Below, piece after piece: positions 54,638-63,551 of a DNA stretch of 64,000 nucleotides (position 1 is the stretch's first letter; each line of letters opens with the position of its first letter). The DNA is from an uncultured Prevotellaceae bacterium (lineage in GTDB: Bacteria; Bacteroidota; Bacteroidia; Bacteroidales; Bacteroidaceae): positions 15,115 through 79,114 of the forward strand of contig OMSJ01000001.1 in assembly GCA_900313705.1 (NCBI GenBank), read 5' to 3'. The translations under genes and the position numbers were made by a program. The notes below the pieces were generated by a model. That model was not told where the DNA came from. It worked only from the letters and a program-made list of their open reading frames with translations, and made no database searches.

Positions 54638-55849
54638 ATGAAACGTACTCTTATCACAAGTGTACTCTTGTGCTGTGCGTTCATGTTGCAAGCCCAGGAG
54701 CAGATACGCATCTGGCAAGCTGGCAACGACACACGCGTGACGACCACTGAGATGCCGTTCTCCGACGGAGGAACAAGCTTCACCATAGGAGACAAGACGT
54801 TCAGCACAAGCAGCGTGGACAGCATCACGGTGGTACACACCATCTACGTCACGTTTGCCGGAAGCACGGCCACCGTCGATCTGGGACATGCTCCAGAGGT
54901 TACGGCAACTACTGACGGCGCGCATGTCTCCATCGTCAGCACAAACACCAGGAGCGAACTGGAGCTTGTGCTGCAAGGCGAGAGCACACAAGGGTCACTG
55001 ACCTACGAAGGTCCGCTCAAGTGTAAGTTCTACCTGAACGGCCTCAATCTCACGAGCGACCGTGGCGCTGCCATCGACATCCAGTGCGGCAAGCGCGTTG
55101 ACCTCATCCTCAACCCTGGCACGCAGAACTTCCTTACCGATGCTGCCGGTGGAACCCAGAAGGCAGCCTTGTACTGCAAGGGACACCTCGAAGTGGAAGG
55201 CAGCGGCTCACTCACCGTTGCCGGAAACGCCAAGCACGCCATCGCCTCCAAGGAGTATATGCAGCTGAAGAAGGATGTCGGCAGCATCACCGTCACCAAG
55301 GCAGCATCTGACGCCATGCACGTCGGCCAATACTTCCTTATGAGCGGCGGAACACTGACGCTCACCGGACAGGCTGGCGACGGACTGCAGGTCGAAGTGA
55401 TGACACTCGACGATGACGTCACGCCCAACCCCGAGAAGGAGAACAACGGAAAGATGTTCATCCGTGGAGGCAAGCTGAACATTGAGGCTGCGAACAACGA
55501 TGTCAAGGGCATCAAGGTTCCAGGCGACCTGACCGTCAGTGGCGGAACATTCCAAATCATCGCCTCCGGCAACGGAAGCAAAGGCATCTCTGTCTCAGGC
55601 AACATGCTGGTCAACGAAGATGACAACACTACCCTCATGCAGATACGTGCCACAGGCAACATCTATGAGAACGAGGAAACGGAGGAAGAATCACGCTGCA
55701 TGGGCATCAAGGTGGACGGCAACCTGACCGTCAATGCCGGCACCATACGCGTCTCCAACACCGGTAGGGACTCACGCGGCATCAGGGTACATGGCACATA
55801 CACAAAGTCTGCCAACGCCACAGTTCAAGCCAACATCAAGCAAGGCTAA
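54638..55849 (+). CDS. Secreted beta-helix protein, carbohydrate-binding (Cthe_2159-like) candidate
   Basis: 403 aa with a signal peptide. Repetitive G-x-L/I-x-V/I turns (LEVEGSGSLTV, LTLTGQAGDGLQV, LNIEAANNDVKGIKV, LTVSGGTFQI) suggest a right-handed beta-helix. The family assignment is from memory only. Confidence 0.45.
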   Translation: MKRTLITSVLLCCAFMLQAQEQIRIWQAGNDTRVTTTEMPFSDGGTSFTIGDKTFSTSSVDSITVVHTIYVTFAGSTATVDLGHAPEVTATTDGAHVSIVSTNTRSELELVLQGESTQGSLTYEGPLKCKFYLNGLNLTSDRGAAIDIQCGKRVDLILNPGTQNFLTDAAGGTQKAALYCKGHLEVEGSGSLTVAGNAKHAIASKEYMQLKKDVGSITVTKAASDAMHVGQYFLMSGGTLTLTGQAGDGLQVEVMTLDDDVTPNPEKENNGKMFIRGGKLNIEAANNDVKGIKVPGDLTVSGGTFQIIASGNGSKGISVSGNMLVNEDDNTTLMQIRATGNIYENEETEEESRCMGIKVDGNLTVNAGTIRVSNTGRDSRGIRVHGTYTKSANATVQANIKQG

Positions 55850-55872
55850 ATACAGAATAGGCCTACATACAC

Positions 55873-55910
55873 AAAGAGGCTGTGTCACAAAACACAGCCT
55901 CTTTTGTTTT
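55873..55910. terminator. Bidirectional intrinsic terminator
   Basis: AAAGAGGCTGTGT / ACACAGCCTCTTT 13-bp stem with a 6-nt loop, followed by TGTTTTT. It sits between the convergent beta-helix gene and rfbA. Confidence 0.85.
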
Positions 55911-55926
55911 TATTCACACAACTTGC

Positions 55927-56835
55927 TTAGAAGTCGTCGCTGGCAGTGCCAAAGCGCTTCACATCTTCAATCACCTTGAGCAGGTACTGCCCGTACTGGT
56001 TCTTGAGCATGGGCTTTGCCAGTTGGCGCATCCTTTCCTCGTCTATCCAACCTTTGCGGTAGGCAATGCCTTCCAAGCAACCCACCTTGAGTCCCTGGCG
56101 CTTCTCGAGCACCTCGATGTAGGTGGAAGCCTCAGAGAGGGAATCGAAAGTGCCTGTGTCGAGCCAGGCAAAGCCGCGGCCAAGGGTCTGTACCTTCAGT
56201 TCACCATCGGCGAGGAAGCACTGGTTGACCGTCGTTATCTCATACTCACCTCTTGCGCTGGGCTTGATGTTCTTTGCCACATCCACCACCTTGTTGGGGT
56301 AGAAGTACAGACCAACCACGGCATAATTACTCTTGGGCTTTGTCGGCTTCTCCTCGATGGAGAGGCAGTTGCCCTGCTTGTCGAACTCGGCCACGCCGTA
56401 GCGCTCAGGGTCGTTCACCCAGTAGCCGAAGACCGTTGCCTTCTTCTCAACCTCTGCCGTACGTACCGCTTCGCGGAGCATGGCACTGAAACCGTTGCCT
56501 TGGAAGATATTATCGCCCAGGACGAGGCAGGCGCAATCGTCGCCGACGAAGTCAGCCCCAATGGTGAAAGCCTGTGCCAATCCGTCGGGCGAAGGCTGTT
56601 CAGCATACTCGAAGTGCACGCCGTAGTCGCTGCCGTCGCCCAGCAAGCGCTTGAAGCCTGGCAAGTCGAAGGGTGTAGAGATGATGAGGATGTCACGTAT
56701 GCCCGCCAGCATGAGGACGCTGATGGGATAGTATATCATCGGCTTGTCGTAGATGGGCATGAGCTGTTTGCTGATACCCTTCGTGATGGGATAGAGCCGG
56801 GTGCCTGAGCCGCCGGCCAGTACAATTCCTTTCAT
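55927..56835 (-). CDS. rfbA: Glucose-1-phosphate thymidylyltransferase
   Basis: 302 aa. [18 protein letters not shown] and the full RmlA pattern. Confidence 0.95.
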   Translation of the reverse strand: MKGIVLAGGSGTRLYPITKGISKQLMPIYDKPMIYYPISVLMLAGIRDILIISTPFDLPGFKRLLGDGSDYGVHFEYAEQPSPDGLAQAFTIGADFVGDDCACLVLGDNIFQGNGFSAMLREAVRTAEVEKKATVFGYWVNDPERYGVAEFDKQGNCLSIEEKPTKPKSNYAVVGLYFYPNKVVDVAKNIKPSARGEYEITTVNQCFLADGELKVQTLGRGFAWLDTGTFDSLSEASTYIEVLEKRQGLKVGCLEGIAYRKGWIDEERMRQLAKPMLKNQYGQYLLKVIEDVKRFGTASDDF

Positions 56836-56850
56836 AGTTCTTCTTATTTT

Positions 56851-56890
56851 TGTCGTTATGACGTTATAACGTTATTCCGTTATGACGCGA
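56851..56890. repeat. GTTATGAC-type octamer micro-array, copy 4
   Basis: TGTCGTTATGACGTTATAACGTTATTCCGTTATGACGCGA. Confidence 0.85.
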
Positions 56891-56899
56891 TGGTTTTGC

Positions 56900-57208
56900 T
56901 TACTTTATCTCATAGTCGAGGCATGTGCGCAGACAAGTATAGGGGCGGACCTTGCCGTCTGCGACTGCCACATGTTCGGGATGCACGGCGTAGGCCTTGA
57001 GTGCTGCCTCGTCGATAAATGTACTGTCGAGCATGACGTCAGCATTCGACGAGTCCAGACGTCCATCCACGTTGACGGTGATATCCACCATTCCGGGTAT
57101 GCGTCCTGCCAGCCCTTCCAGTCCAGACTTGATGCCTTGCTTCACGCTTTCCTTTTCCTCAGCAGTGAGGTCTTCCCTCAGCCGCCACAATATGATATGC
57201 TTTACCAT
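56900..57208 (-). CDS. Dabb (stress-responsive A/B barrel) family protein
   Basis: 102 aa. MVKHIILWRL...AYAVHPEHV is typical of the Dabb family. Confidence 0.85.
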   Translation of the reverse strand: MVKHIILWRLREDLTAEEKESVKQGIKSGLEGLAGRIPGMVDITVNVDGRLDSSNADVMLDSTFIDEAALKAYAVHPEHVAVADGKVRPYTCLRTCLDYEIK

Positions 57209-57272
57209 AATATATATTATATAATGTGTTATTGTGCTACAAAGATAACATGAATTATGGACATATACAAAT

Positions 57273-58163
57273 TTAAGAGTGGAAATATCCTGCTGTAGGA
57301 GACTTTAGGAAGAGCCAGACAGCCCCTGCAAGCATCATGAAGATACCACAATAGACGAATGGCAGCCATGGGTCGTGCACCAGTTCAAGGACGCTGATGT
57401 CGCTCATGCTGCCCTTAGCCTCATCGTAGCTGTACTGGTAAATCTTCCATCCGTTGATGCTTAGAGGCTTGTTGACACGGATGGTGTCACGCACAGCAGC
57501 GCCATCCTTCGTATAGGCTGTCACGTCGGACGAGAAGCTGAGCTTCGGGGACTCCTCAATGGCGAAATCGTGAAGTTCAATGGCGATGGGCAACTGGTGC
57601 ACTCTGTGCTTTGCATCAATGGCACGCCACTCAGTCTTACCCTCTTGCACGACCATACGCAGACGCTGCATGTCGGCATTGCCGAGCGTGCCAGCGACGA
57701 GGGCGAGAAGCAGCCCGGCGTGGTTGAGCAGGAAGGGAACACTGCGCCAGGACGGACGGGAGAGTTTGGTCATGCAGACCATGCCAAGCAGCAAGGCAAG
57801 CCACACATAAGTGAGTACGAAAGGCCAGAAGGAAAGCATGTCGGTGATGCCGATGGGGTCAGCCGCCATGTGTCCGGGAGGAACCTGTCGCGTGACGCCC
57901 ATGAGCATCGTCAGCATGACGCAAGCCAGCAGAGCCGGTATGCCTGCCTGCAACGTTGACATCCAACGGAAGAGGCCGACACGCTTGCGGCACAGATGCA
58001 TCGTGATGACTGCGCACGACAGCACTGCCAGCACAACGGCATTGACGGGCCACGCCAGCATGTCCCATCGGACAGGACCTGCCACCAGTTGCAACAACAT
58101 CCCCACGGCAACAAGTCCGCTGCAGAACAGTCCGCCTGCAGCCATTCCCTTTGTCTTATTCAT
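57273..58163 (-). CDS. ResB-like (cytochrome c biogenesis family) membrane protein, orphan
   Basis: 296 aa and several TM helices. ResB-like C-terminal block ELHDFAIE...FSSDVTAY...IRVNKPLSINGWKIYQYSY. There is no ccsA or cytochrome gene adjacent. Confidence 0.5.
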   Translation of the reverse strand: MNKTKGMAAGGLFCSGLVAVGMLLQLVAGPVRWDMLAWPVNAVVLAVLSCAVITMHLCRKRVGLFRWMSTLQAGIPALLACVMLTMLMGVTRQVPPGHMAADPIGITDMLSFWPFVLTYVWLALLLGMVCMTKLSRPSWRSVPFLLNHAGLLLALVAGTLGNADMQRLRMVVQEGKTEWRAIDAKHRVHQLPIAIELHDFAIEESPKLSFSSDVTAYTKDGAAVRDTIRVNKPLSINGWKIYQYSYDEAKGSMSDISVLELVHDPWLPFVYCGIFMMLAGAVWLFLKSPTAGYFHS

Positions 58164-58236
58164 CTGCTTAACCTATAGCACATGCAAAGATACAAACTTT
58201 TTTTGGATTGGAGGTTAGAGATTAGAGATTATTTCG

Positions 58237-58244
58237 TAACTTTG
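58237..58244 (+). promoter_or_regulatory. -7 box TAACTTTG for xth
   Basis: TAnnTTTG match 25 nt upstream of the ATG at 58269. Confidence 0.65.
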
Positions 58245-58268
58245 CACTCAACAATAAACTCACATGCT

Positions 58269-59021
58269 ATGAAATACGTCAGTTGGAACGTCAACGGGCT
58301 GCGGGCTGTCGTTGGCAAGAACTTTGGAGAAACCTTCGCGCAGCTTGACGCGGACTTCTTTTGCCTACAGGAGACAAAGATGCAAGCTGGTCAGCTCGAC
58401 CTCTGCTTCCCAGGTTATACCTCGTACTGGAACTACGCCGAAAAGAAGGGCTACTCAGGCACCGCTGTCTTCACGCGGCAGACTCCCCTGAATGTCACCT
58501 ACGGCATGGGCATCGATGAGCACGACCACGAGGGACGCATCATAACACTGGAGATGGAGGACCACTATCTGGTCTGCGTCTATACGCCCAACAGTCAGGA
58601 TGGTCTGCGCCGCCTCAGCTATCGTATGCAGTGGGAGGATGACTTCCGCCAGTATCTGCTTTCGCTCGACAAGAAGAAGCCTGTCATTGTGTGCGGCGAC
58701 ATGAACGTGGCTCACCAAGAAATCGACCTGAAGAATCCGAAGACGAATCACATGAATGCGGGCTTCACAGACGAGGAGCGGGAGAAGATGACCACGCTGC
58801 TGGACAGCGGCTTCATCGACACCTTCCGACACTTCTACCCCGATGCCACCGACCGCTATAGCTGGTGGAGCTATCGCTTCCGGGCCAGGGAGAAGAACGT
58901 GGGCTGGCGCATCGACTACTTCCTCGTCTCTGAGCGCCTGGCATCGCGTCTGCAATCAGCCGACATCCACGACAGCATCATGGGCAGCGACCACTGCCCT
59001 GTCTCTCTGGTGCTGCAATAG
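58269..59021 (+). CDS. xth: Exodeoxyribonuclease III
   Basis: Start set at MKYVSWNVNGLRA (58269), 25 nt after a TAACTTTG -7 box. Motifs LQETK, GDMNVAH and SDHCPV. Confidence 0.92.
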   Translation: MKYVSWNVNGLRAVVGKNFGETFAQLDADFFCLQETKMQAGQLDLCFPGYTSYWNYAEKKGYSGTAVFTRQTPLNVTYGMGIDEHDHEGRIITLEMEDHYLVCVYTPNSQDGLRRLSYRMQWEDDFRQYLLSLDKKKPVIVCGDMNVAHQEIDLKNPKTNHMNAGFTDEEREKMTTLLDSGFIDTFRHFYPDATDRYSWWSYRFRAREKNVGWRIDYFLVSERLASRLQSADIHDSIMGSDHCPVSLVLQ

Positions 59022-59846
59022 TCAGCAGGGACGCACCTTGGGCAGGTTGAAGACGTCCTGCACTTCCTTCATGGCCTCGTCCGTCATCCCTTCCGGCTCG
59101 CTGCCCATCGAGCGGGCACACATATATATATTGGCTGCCTTGCAAAGGACATCCGTCTGGTCGAAAGCATCCATGATATCCGTGCCGACGGACACCGTGC
59201 CGTGCTTTTCCCAGAGGACGACATCGTAGTCCTTGATGAGCTTGAGCGTGGCGTCGGCCAGTTGGACAGACCCCGGCAAGGTGTAGGGGACGATGCCTAT
59301 GCCAAGCGGAGCAAAGGCAAGGGTCTCGGGAATCATGGACCAAAGCACATGCGTCATCTCGCCTGGCTGCAGGAAGCATTTGATATGGCTCATTGCCACC
59401 AGTTCGATGGGATGTGTGTGAAGCGTCGCCTTGTAGCAGGAGCCTGAGCCGATGAGGTAGTCCTGAAGAGCCAGATGGCTGGGCAATTCGCTGGTAGGCG
59501 CCACGGGAGCATCGGCGATGATTTCATAGCTTTGGCAATCGTCGCAGATGCGGATGATGGCACCATTCTCCATCGGCTTACGCGCCAGGTCACGCATACG
59601 CTTCCCTGTTCCTTTTGCATAGAAATACTTCCCCCGCAGGTTCGGCAGCACCTTGCCTATCTGCCTTGGCGAAGCGATGGCTGGCATAGTGCGGCATTCC
59701 TCGTCCATGAACTCTGTGACGTTCACGGTGATATTGCCACCGTTGCGCTCGGCCCATCCCTTCTGCCAGAGGTAGCCCGCCACCTCAGCCACTTGTTCTA
59801 TCACTGCTGCCAGCTCAGGCCGGCCTTTCAATACTGATTCCTTCAT
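59022..59846 (-). CDS. rhaD: Class II aldolase, rhamnulose-1-phosphate aldolase-like
   Basis: 274 aa. ERNGGNITV and THTHP zinc-ligand region. The length matches RhaD. Confidence 0.75.
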   Translation of the reverse strand: MKESVLKGRPELAAVIEQVAEVAGYLWQKGWAERNGGNITVNVTEFMDEECRTMPAIASPRQIGKVLPNLRGKYFYAKGTGKRMRDLARKPMENGAIIRICDDCQSYEIIADAPVAPTSELPSHLALQDYLIGSGSCYKATLHTHPIELVAMSHIKCFLQPGEMTHVLWSMIPETLAFAPLGIGIVPYTLPGSVQLADATLKLIKDYDVVLWEKHGTVSVGTDIMDAFDQTDVLCKAANIYMCARSMGSEPEGMTDEAMKEVQDVFNLPKVRPC

Positions 59847-59908
59847 TACACACTATTTATGTTATACCTTTGCAAAGATGCGAATAAGCGAAGACGACCC
59901 AGGTCGTA

Positions 59909-60646
59909 TCAATTCACCTCGTCGGGCTGCTGCCCGTCGTGAGCCTTCCACGCACACTCCGTAATCTTCATGTCTGAGAAGACCGCCGTGAAGGACGATT
60001 CCTCGGGCGAGCAGGCATAAACGCCAAAGCTGATTTCCTCGGCAGCAGCATACATGTGGCAGATGCGCATCTGGCTGAAGTCGATGCCATTGGTGGAGCA
60101 CTCGATGCAGTAGTCGTCCTCGCGGCGCGAGAAGCGATACCACATGGTCTTGACGTCAGCAGGAATGGCTGTCGTTGCCCAGTCGGAATAGCCATTGTTC
60201 GTTGCCACACTGCCCAGGTGCTGGAACTCGTCGTTCTCATACTCCACGGAACCTTTCAGCCAGTTCTCGCTATCCAGGTACATGACGATGCCGCACTGGT
60301 CGAAGCGTTGATGGCTCTGTGTGAAGTCGGTCTTTACGACAAAGCTGAAGAACTTCTCCCGCGTCTTCATCTGAAGGACAGGGGCATTGTCGTTCTGGAA
60401 GTGATAGTAGGTGCGTTGCCAGAGGTCGGTGTGAGGAGCCGTCGTAATGACTATCGTATCGCCTTTCACCTCATAGCCTGCCGGTTTTCTTGTCCATTGC
60501 AAGCTGTTGAGGTCGATGCTACCACCTGCCGAAAGAGCAACAGCCACATCATCGGTAAAAGGTTCACTTGTCTCTTTCTGACTCTGCTCGCCACAAGCCG
60601 TTAGCAGCAGTCCAAGACTCATCAATGCAAATAGACTTTTCTTCAT
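59909..60646 (-). CDS. DUF1349 (concanavalin-like) lipoprotein
   Basis: 245 aa. Lipobox LLTAC. TAPHTDLWQRTYYHF and FDQCGIVMY are typical of DUF1349 as I recall it. Confidence 0.7.
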   Translation of the reverse strand: MKKSLFALMSLGLLLTACGEQSQKETSEPFTDDVAVALSAGGSIDLNSLQWTRKPAGYEVKGDTIVITTAPHTDLWQRTYYHFQNDNAPVLQMKTREKFFSFVVKTDFTQSHQRFDQCGIVMYLDSENWLKGSVEYENDEFQHLGSVATNNGYSDWATTAIPADVKTMWYRFSRREDDYCIECSTNGIDFSQMRICHMYAAAEEISFGVYACSPEESSFTAVFSDMKITECAWKAHDGQQPDEVN

Positions 60647-60724
60647 AAGCTCTTTATTTCTTAGTGCATTTAGTTATATTCCATCGTAGTGATGCGGATA
60701 ACCACAGCGGACGGAGGAGGTGAT

Positions 60725-63472
60725 TTACTTCACCACCTTCCGTCCGTTGTAGATATAGATACCGCTCTGGAGGATATTGCTCGACGACTTGCCGTTCACT
60801 CTCTGACGGCCCTGCAGGTCGTACCAGATGCCGTCGTCATGTGACTTGGACTCAGAGTTCCTGATGCAACCTATTCCTGTGCCGCTGTCAAAGCCAATGC
60901 GGAAGTCACCCACGATAGGCATGTGGTCAGAGGTGACCTTGTCGTTGACCACTTCGTAGCTGAGTTTCTCTACACCGCCTATCGGGTCATAGCTGATGAT
61001 GTTGTCGATGACGTACGTGCCGTCGCTCCAAGTCGGAGTGGTGAGGTCAGAGTGGAAGGTGAAGCCGTTCTCCTGCAAGTACTTGGTGAGCACGCCGCGT
61101 GCTCCCTGCATCTCGTCGTCGGTGCCATCGTCGTTGAAGTCGCCGGCTATGATGAGCGGTTTGCCTGTCTCAACCCATTCCTCAGCAGCAGCCTTAATGA
61201 TAGGACCTGTACCACGCCTTGCGTTAGCCGAGAGACCGACGTGGAGACTTGCGAAGACATAGTTGTCGAACTCAGCTATGAGCATACGGCGAGGCTCGAA
61301 GTCGGGCGTCAGGGACACGACCTTGACGGAGAGCGGCAGTTCCTTACAGAGGATGCCTACGCCATAGCCGGTCAGGGCGCTGCAGAAGATGCCGTACATG
61401 CCTGTGGCCTCAGCCAGTTCCTTTATCTGATACTTGTTGTCGGAACGTGTGGAGAAGACGCTATCAACCTCTTGCAGAGCCACCACGTCGGCCTGCTGTG
61501 CGGCGATGACACTTGCTGTCCTCGCTAAGTTCAGCCCGTCCTTGTTGCCGGCACAATGCTTCACGTTGTAGCTCAGCACACGCAGGTTCTGCTTCTTGTA
61601 CTTGTCGTAAACGGGTGCGACGTACTTGCCTTGTGCAGCAGCATCGAGGTCGGCAATCAGACGCTCGAGGATGATGTCGTAGGCACCGTTGGTGACGGCT
61701 TCGTCAGCTTTGCTCCAGATATTGCGGAAGTCCTGAAGCTGTGTCTGGCTAAGGCCGGTTTGGTCGCAGAAGTCGGGGTTTCCCACCTCGTCCATCTTCT
61801 TGGCGAGAGCGAGTCGGAGCTTGGCGGAAGGGCTGTCCAGCGAGGCGGCATCCACCTTCTGCGTCTTCCAGTTTTCCACCACGGCTGCGTCCGTTGTGCC
61901 GATATGGGTGTAGGGAGTTCCGCTGACGGGAGCAAACATCTCGCTGTTGGCGTTGTAGATGGAGAACTCTCTGTTGTTGGTCAGCACGCGGAAGAACGTG
62001 AGCGGTTCCTCTTCCGTGTCGGACATGAAGACCAGTCCGTCTTCGGTCATCGTGCCGCTGACGTACCTGCCCGACGCATAGTTGCGAATTCGGTACTGCC
62101 CTTTCTCCCTATCTACAGCCTCGATGCGGAAGATGTTGCGCGGATCACCGCTGTGCTGTGTGTCGAGGATGAGACTTGCGCCTTGCTCGTAGGCCTGTGC
62201 GTCGGCCTTCTTGTCGCTCCAGCATTTCTTCTCCGTGCCGTTGGGGTAGAGGATGTTGTAGTAGCCGTTGGCCAGGTTGAAGTAGTCCGACTGTTCCTCG
62301 CTGCCCGGGTTGACCTTCATCAGTTTCCAGCGTCCGGGATAGCCGGCGGTTGCTGCGTCGCTGGAGTAGTCATCGTCGCCTACGTTCTGCTTGGCCAGGC
62401 TGTTGTTGGGGCGGTCGCTGCGCAGGTAGCCCTGGACGTGCGGCGAATGCTCCGACTCGCTGTTGGTCATAAAGAAGCGTCCTGCGCCTTCGGTGAGGTC
62501 GGTGAGCGTGTAGCCCACGGGAGCGTCGGAGAAGATGATGTCGGCCTCGGCAGGCATGTTCATGTTGCCAAGGAATCGGCCGTTCTCCTTATTGAGGAAA
62601 GCCCACTGCCCCTCTTCGCCGGCCTTCAGTGCGGTCCAGATGAAGCCGTCGGACTCCTTGTCGAGGTCGGCCCAATAGACATACTGGTTGCCCCAGTTAA
62701 TCTTGAAGTTATCCTGCAGACATGCCATTGCCTTTGGCAGTCCGGTGCTGTTGCCTGCGAACTTCGTGCGGTCGCTGACGATATAGTACTGCTCGCCTTC
62801 CTTGATTTCGCTCACGTCCGTTATCCAGACGTTCTGCAAGGAGCCCTCAGCTTCGTAAATCTGCCAGCGGCCCGGATAGCCGTTGGTCTGGCCGTCGCCA
62901 GGATAGTCGTCGTCGCCCACGCCCTGCTTGGCAAGGCTGTTGTTGGGACGGTCGCTACGCAGGTAGCCCTGTACGTGTGGTGAGTGCGAGTTGTCGCTGC
63001 TGACCATGTAGAAACGTCCTGCACCTTCGTCCAGGTCGGTGAGGGTATAGCCCACGGGAGTGGCGGAGAAGAGCACGTCATCGTCGTAGCTGTTCTTCAC
63101 GCCGAGGTACTCGTCCTTCACCTTGTTCTTGAAAGCCCACTGGTCTTCGCCTACCTTTTCTGCTATCCATTGGAAGCCTTCCTCCTCCTCATTGAAGTCG
63201 CCCCAATAGACGAAGTAGATGCCGTCGGAGGGCTTGTCCCAACTGATTGTATAGCTATCCAGCTTGTTGGACATGCCTTTGGGCTTGCCTGTGTTGTTGC
63301 CCGCAAACTTTGTGCGGTCGCTAATGATGAAATACGTCTTTCCTTCCTCGATGTCGTCGGCATAGAGCACGCGCTTGTAGCCTTCGATGAGGTCTTGTGC
63401 ACTTACGCTCATGCTGCCCATGAACAGCAGAGCGCCTACAAAAAGCTGTAATAATAAATAAATCTTTTTCAT
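60725..63472 (-). CDS. Large EEP-family T9SS protein with tandemly duplicated N-terminal domain
   Basis: 915 aa with a signal peptide. Two ~180-aa repeats (..DRTKFAGNxTGxPK....PVGYTLTDLxEGAGRF...HSPHVQGYLRSDRPNNSLAKQ.VGDDDY..). EEP domain LRVLSYNVKHCAG..VVALQEVDS..SDHMPIV. T9SS tail IWYDLQGRQ..GIYIYNGRKVVK. Confidence 0.8.
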   Translation of the reverse strand: MKKIYLLLQLFVGALLFMGSMSVSAQDLIEGYKRVLYADDIEEGKTYFIISDRTKFAGNNTGKPKGMSNKLDSYTISWDKPSDGIYFVYWGDFNEEEEGFQWIAEKVGEDQWAFKNKVKDEYLGVKNSYDDDVLFSATPVGYTLTDLDEGAGRFYMVSSDNSHSPHVQGYLRSDRPNNSLAKQGVGDDDYPGDGQTNGYPGRWQIYEAEGSLQNVWITDVSEIKEGEQYYIVSDRTKFAGNSTGLPKAMACLQDNFKINWGNQYVYWADLDKESDGFIWTALKAGEEGQWAFLNKENGRFLGNMNMPAEADIIFSDAPVGYTLTDLTEGAGRFFMTNSESEHSPHVQGYLRSDRPNNSLAKQNVGDDDYSSDAATAGYPGRWKLMKVNPGSEEQSDYFNLANGYYNILYPNGTEKKCWSDKKADAQAYEQGASLILDTQHSGDPRNIFRIEAVDREKGQYRIRNYASGRYVSGTMTEDGLVFMSDTEEEPLTFFRVLTNNREFSIYNANSEMFAPVSGTPYTHIGTTDAAVVENWKTQKVDAASLDSPSAKLRLALAKKMDEVGNPDFCDQTGLSQTQLQDFRNIWSKADEAVTNGAYDIILERLIADLDAAAQGKYVAPVYDKYKKQNLRVLSYNVKHCAGNKDGLNLARTASVIAAQQADVVALQEVDSVFSTRSDNKYQIKELAEATGMYGIFCSALTGYGVGILCKELPLSVKVVSLTPDFEPRRMLIAEFDNYVFASLHVGLSANARRGTGPIIKAAAEEWVETGKPLIIAGDFNDDGTDDEMQGARGVLTKYLQENGFTFHSDLTTPTWSDGTYVIDNIISYDPIGGVEKLSYEVVNDKVTSDHMPIVGDFRIGFDSGTGIGCIRNSESKSHDDGIWYDLQGRQRVNGKSSSNILQSGIYIYNGRKVVK

Positions 63473-63543
63473 GACAACGATTATTATAAGGTTTAGTAAT
63501 AAATATATGTCTCTTGGGTATCGTTTCTTTTTTACATCCCTGC

Positions 63544-63551
63544 AAAGTTAC
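63544..63551 (-). promoter_or_regulatory. -7 box TAACTTTG for the 915-aa EEP gene
   Basis: Reverse complement of CAAAGTTA, about 72 nt upstream of the ATG at 63472. Confidence 0.55.

Noticed and set aside
61556-62983. 475-aa ORF on the plus strand (also 23522-24961, 12647-13765, 54113-54991 and 28794-29768 on opposite strands of real genes)
   Set aside because: These are antisense shadows of well-supported genes, with no independent motif, promoter box or signal.
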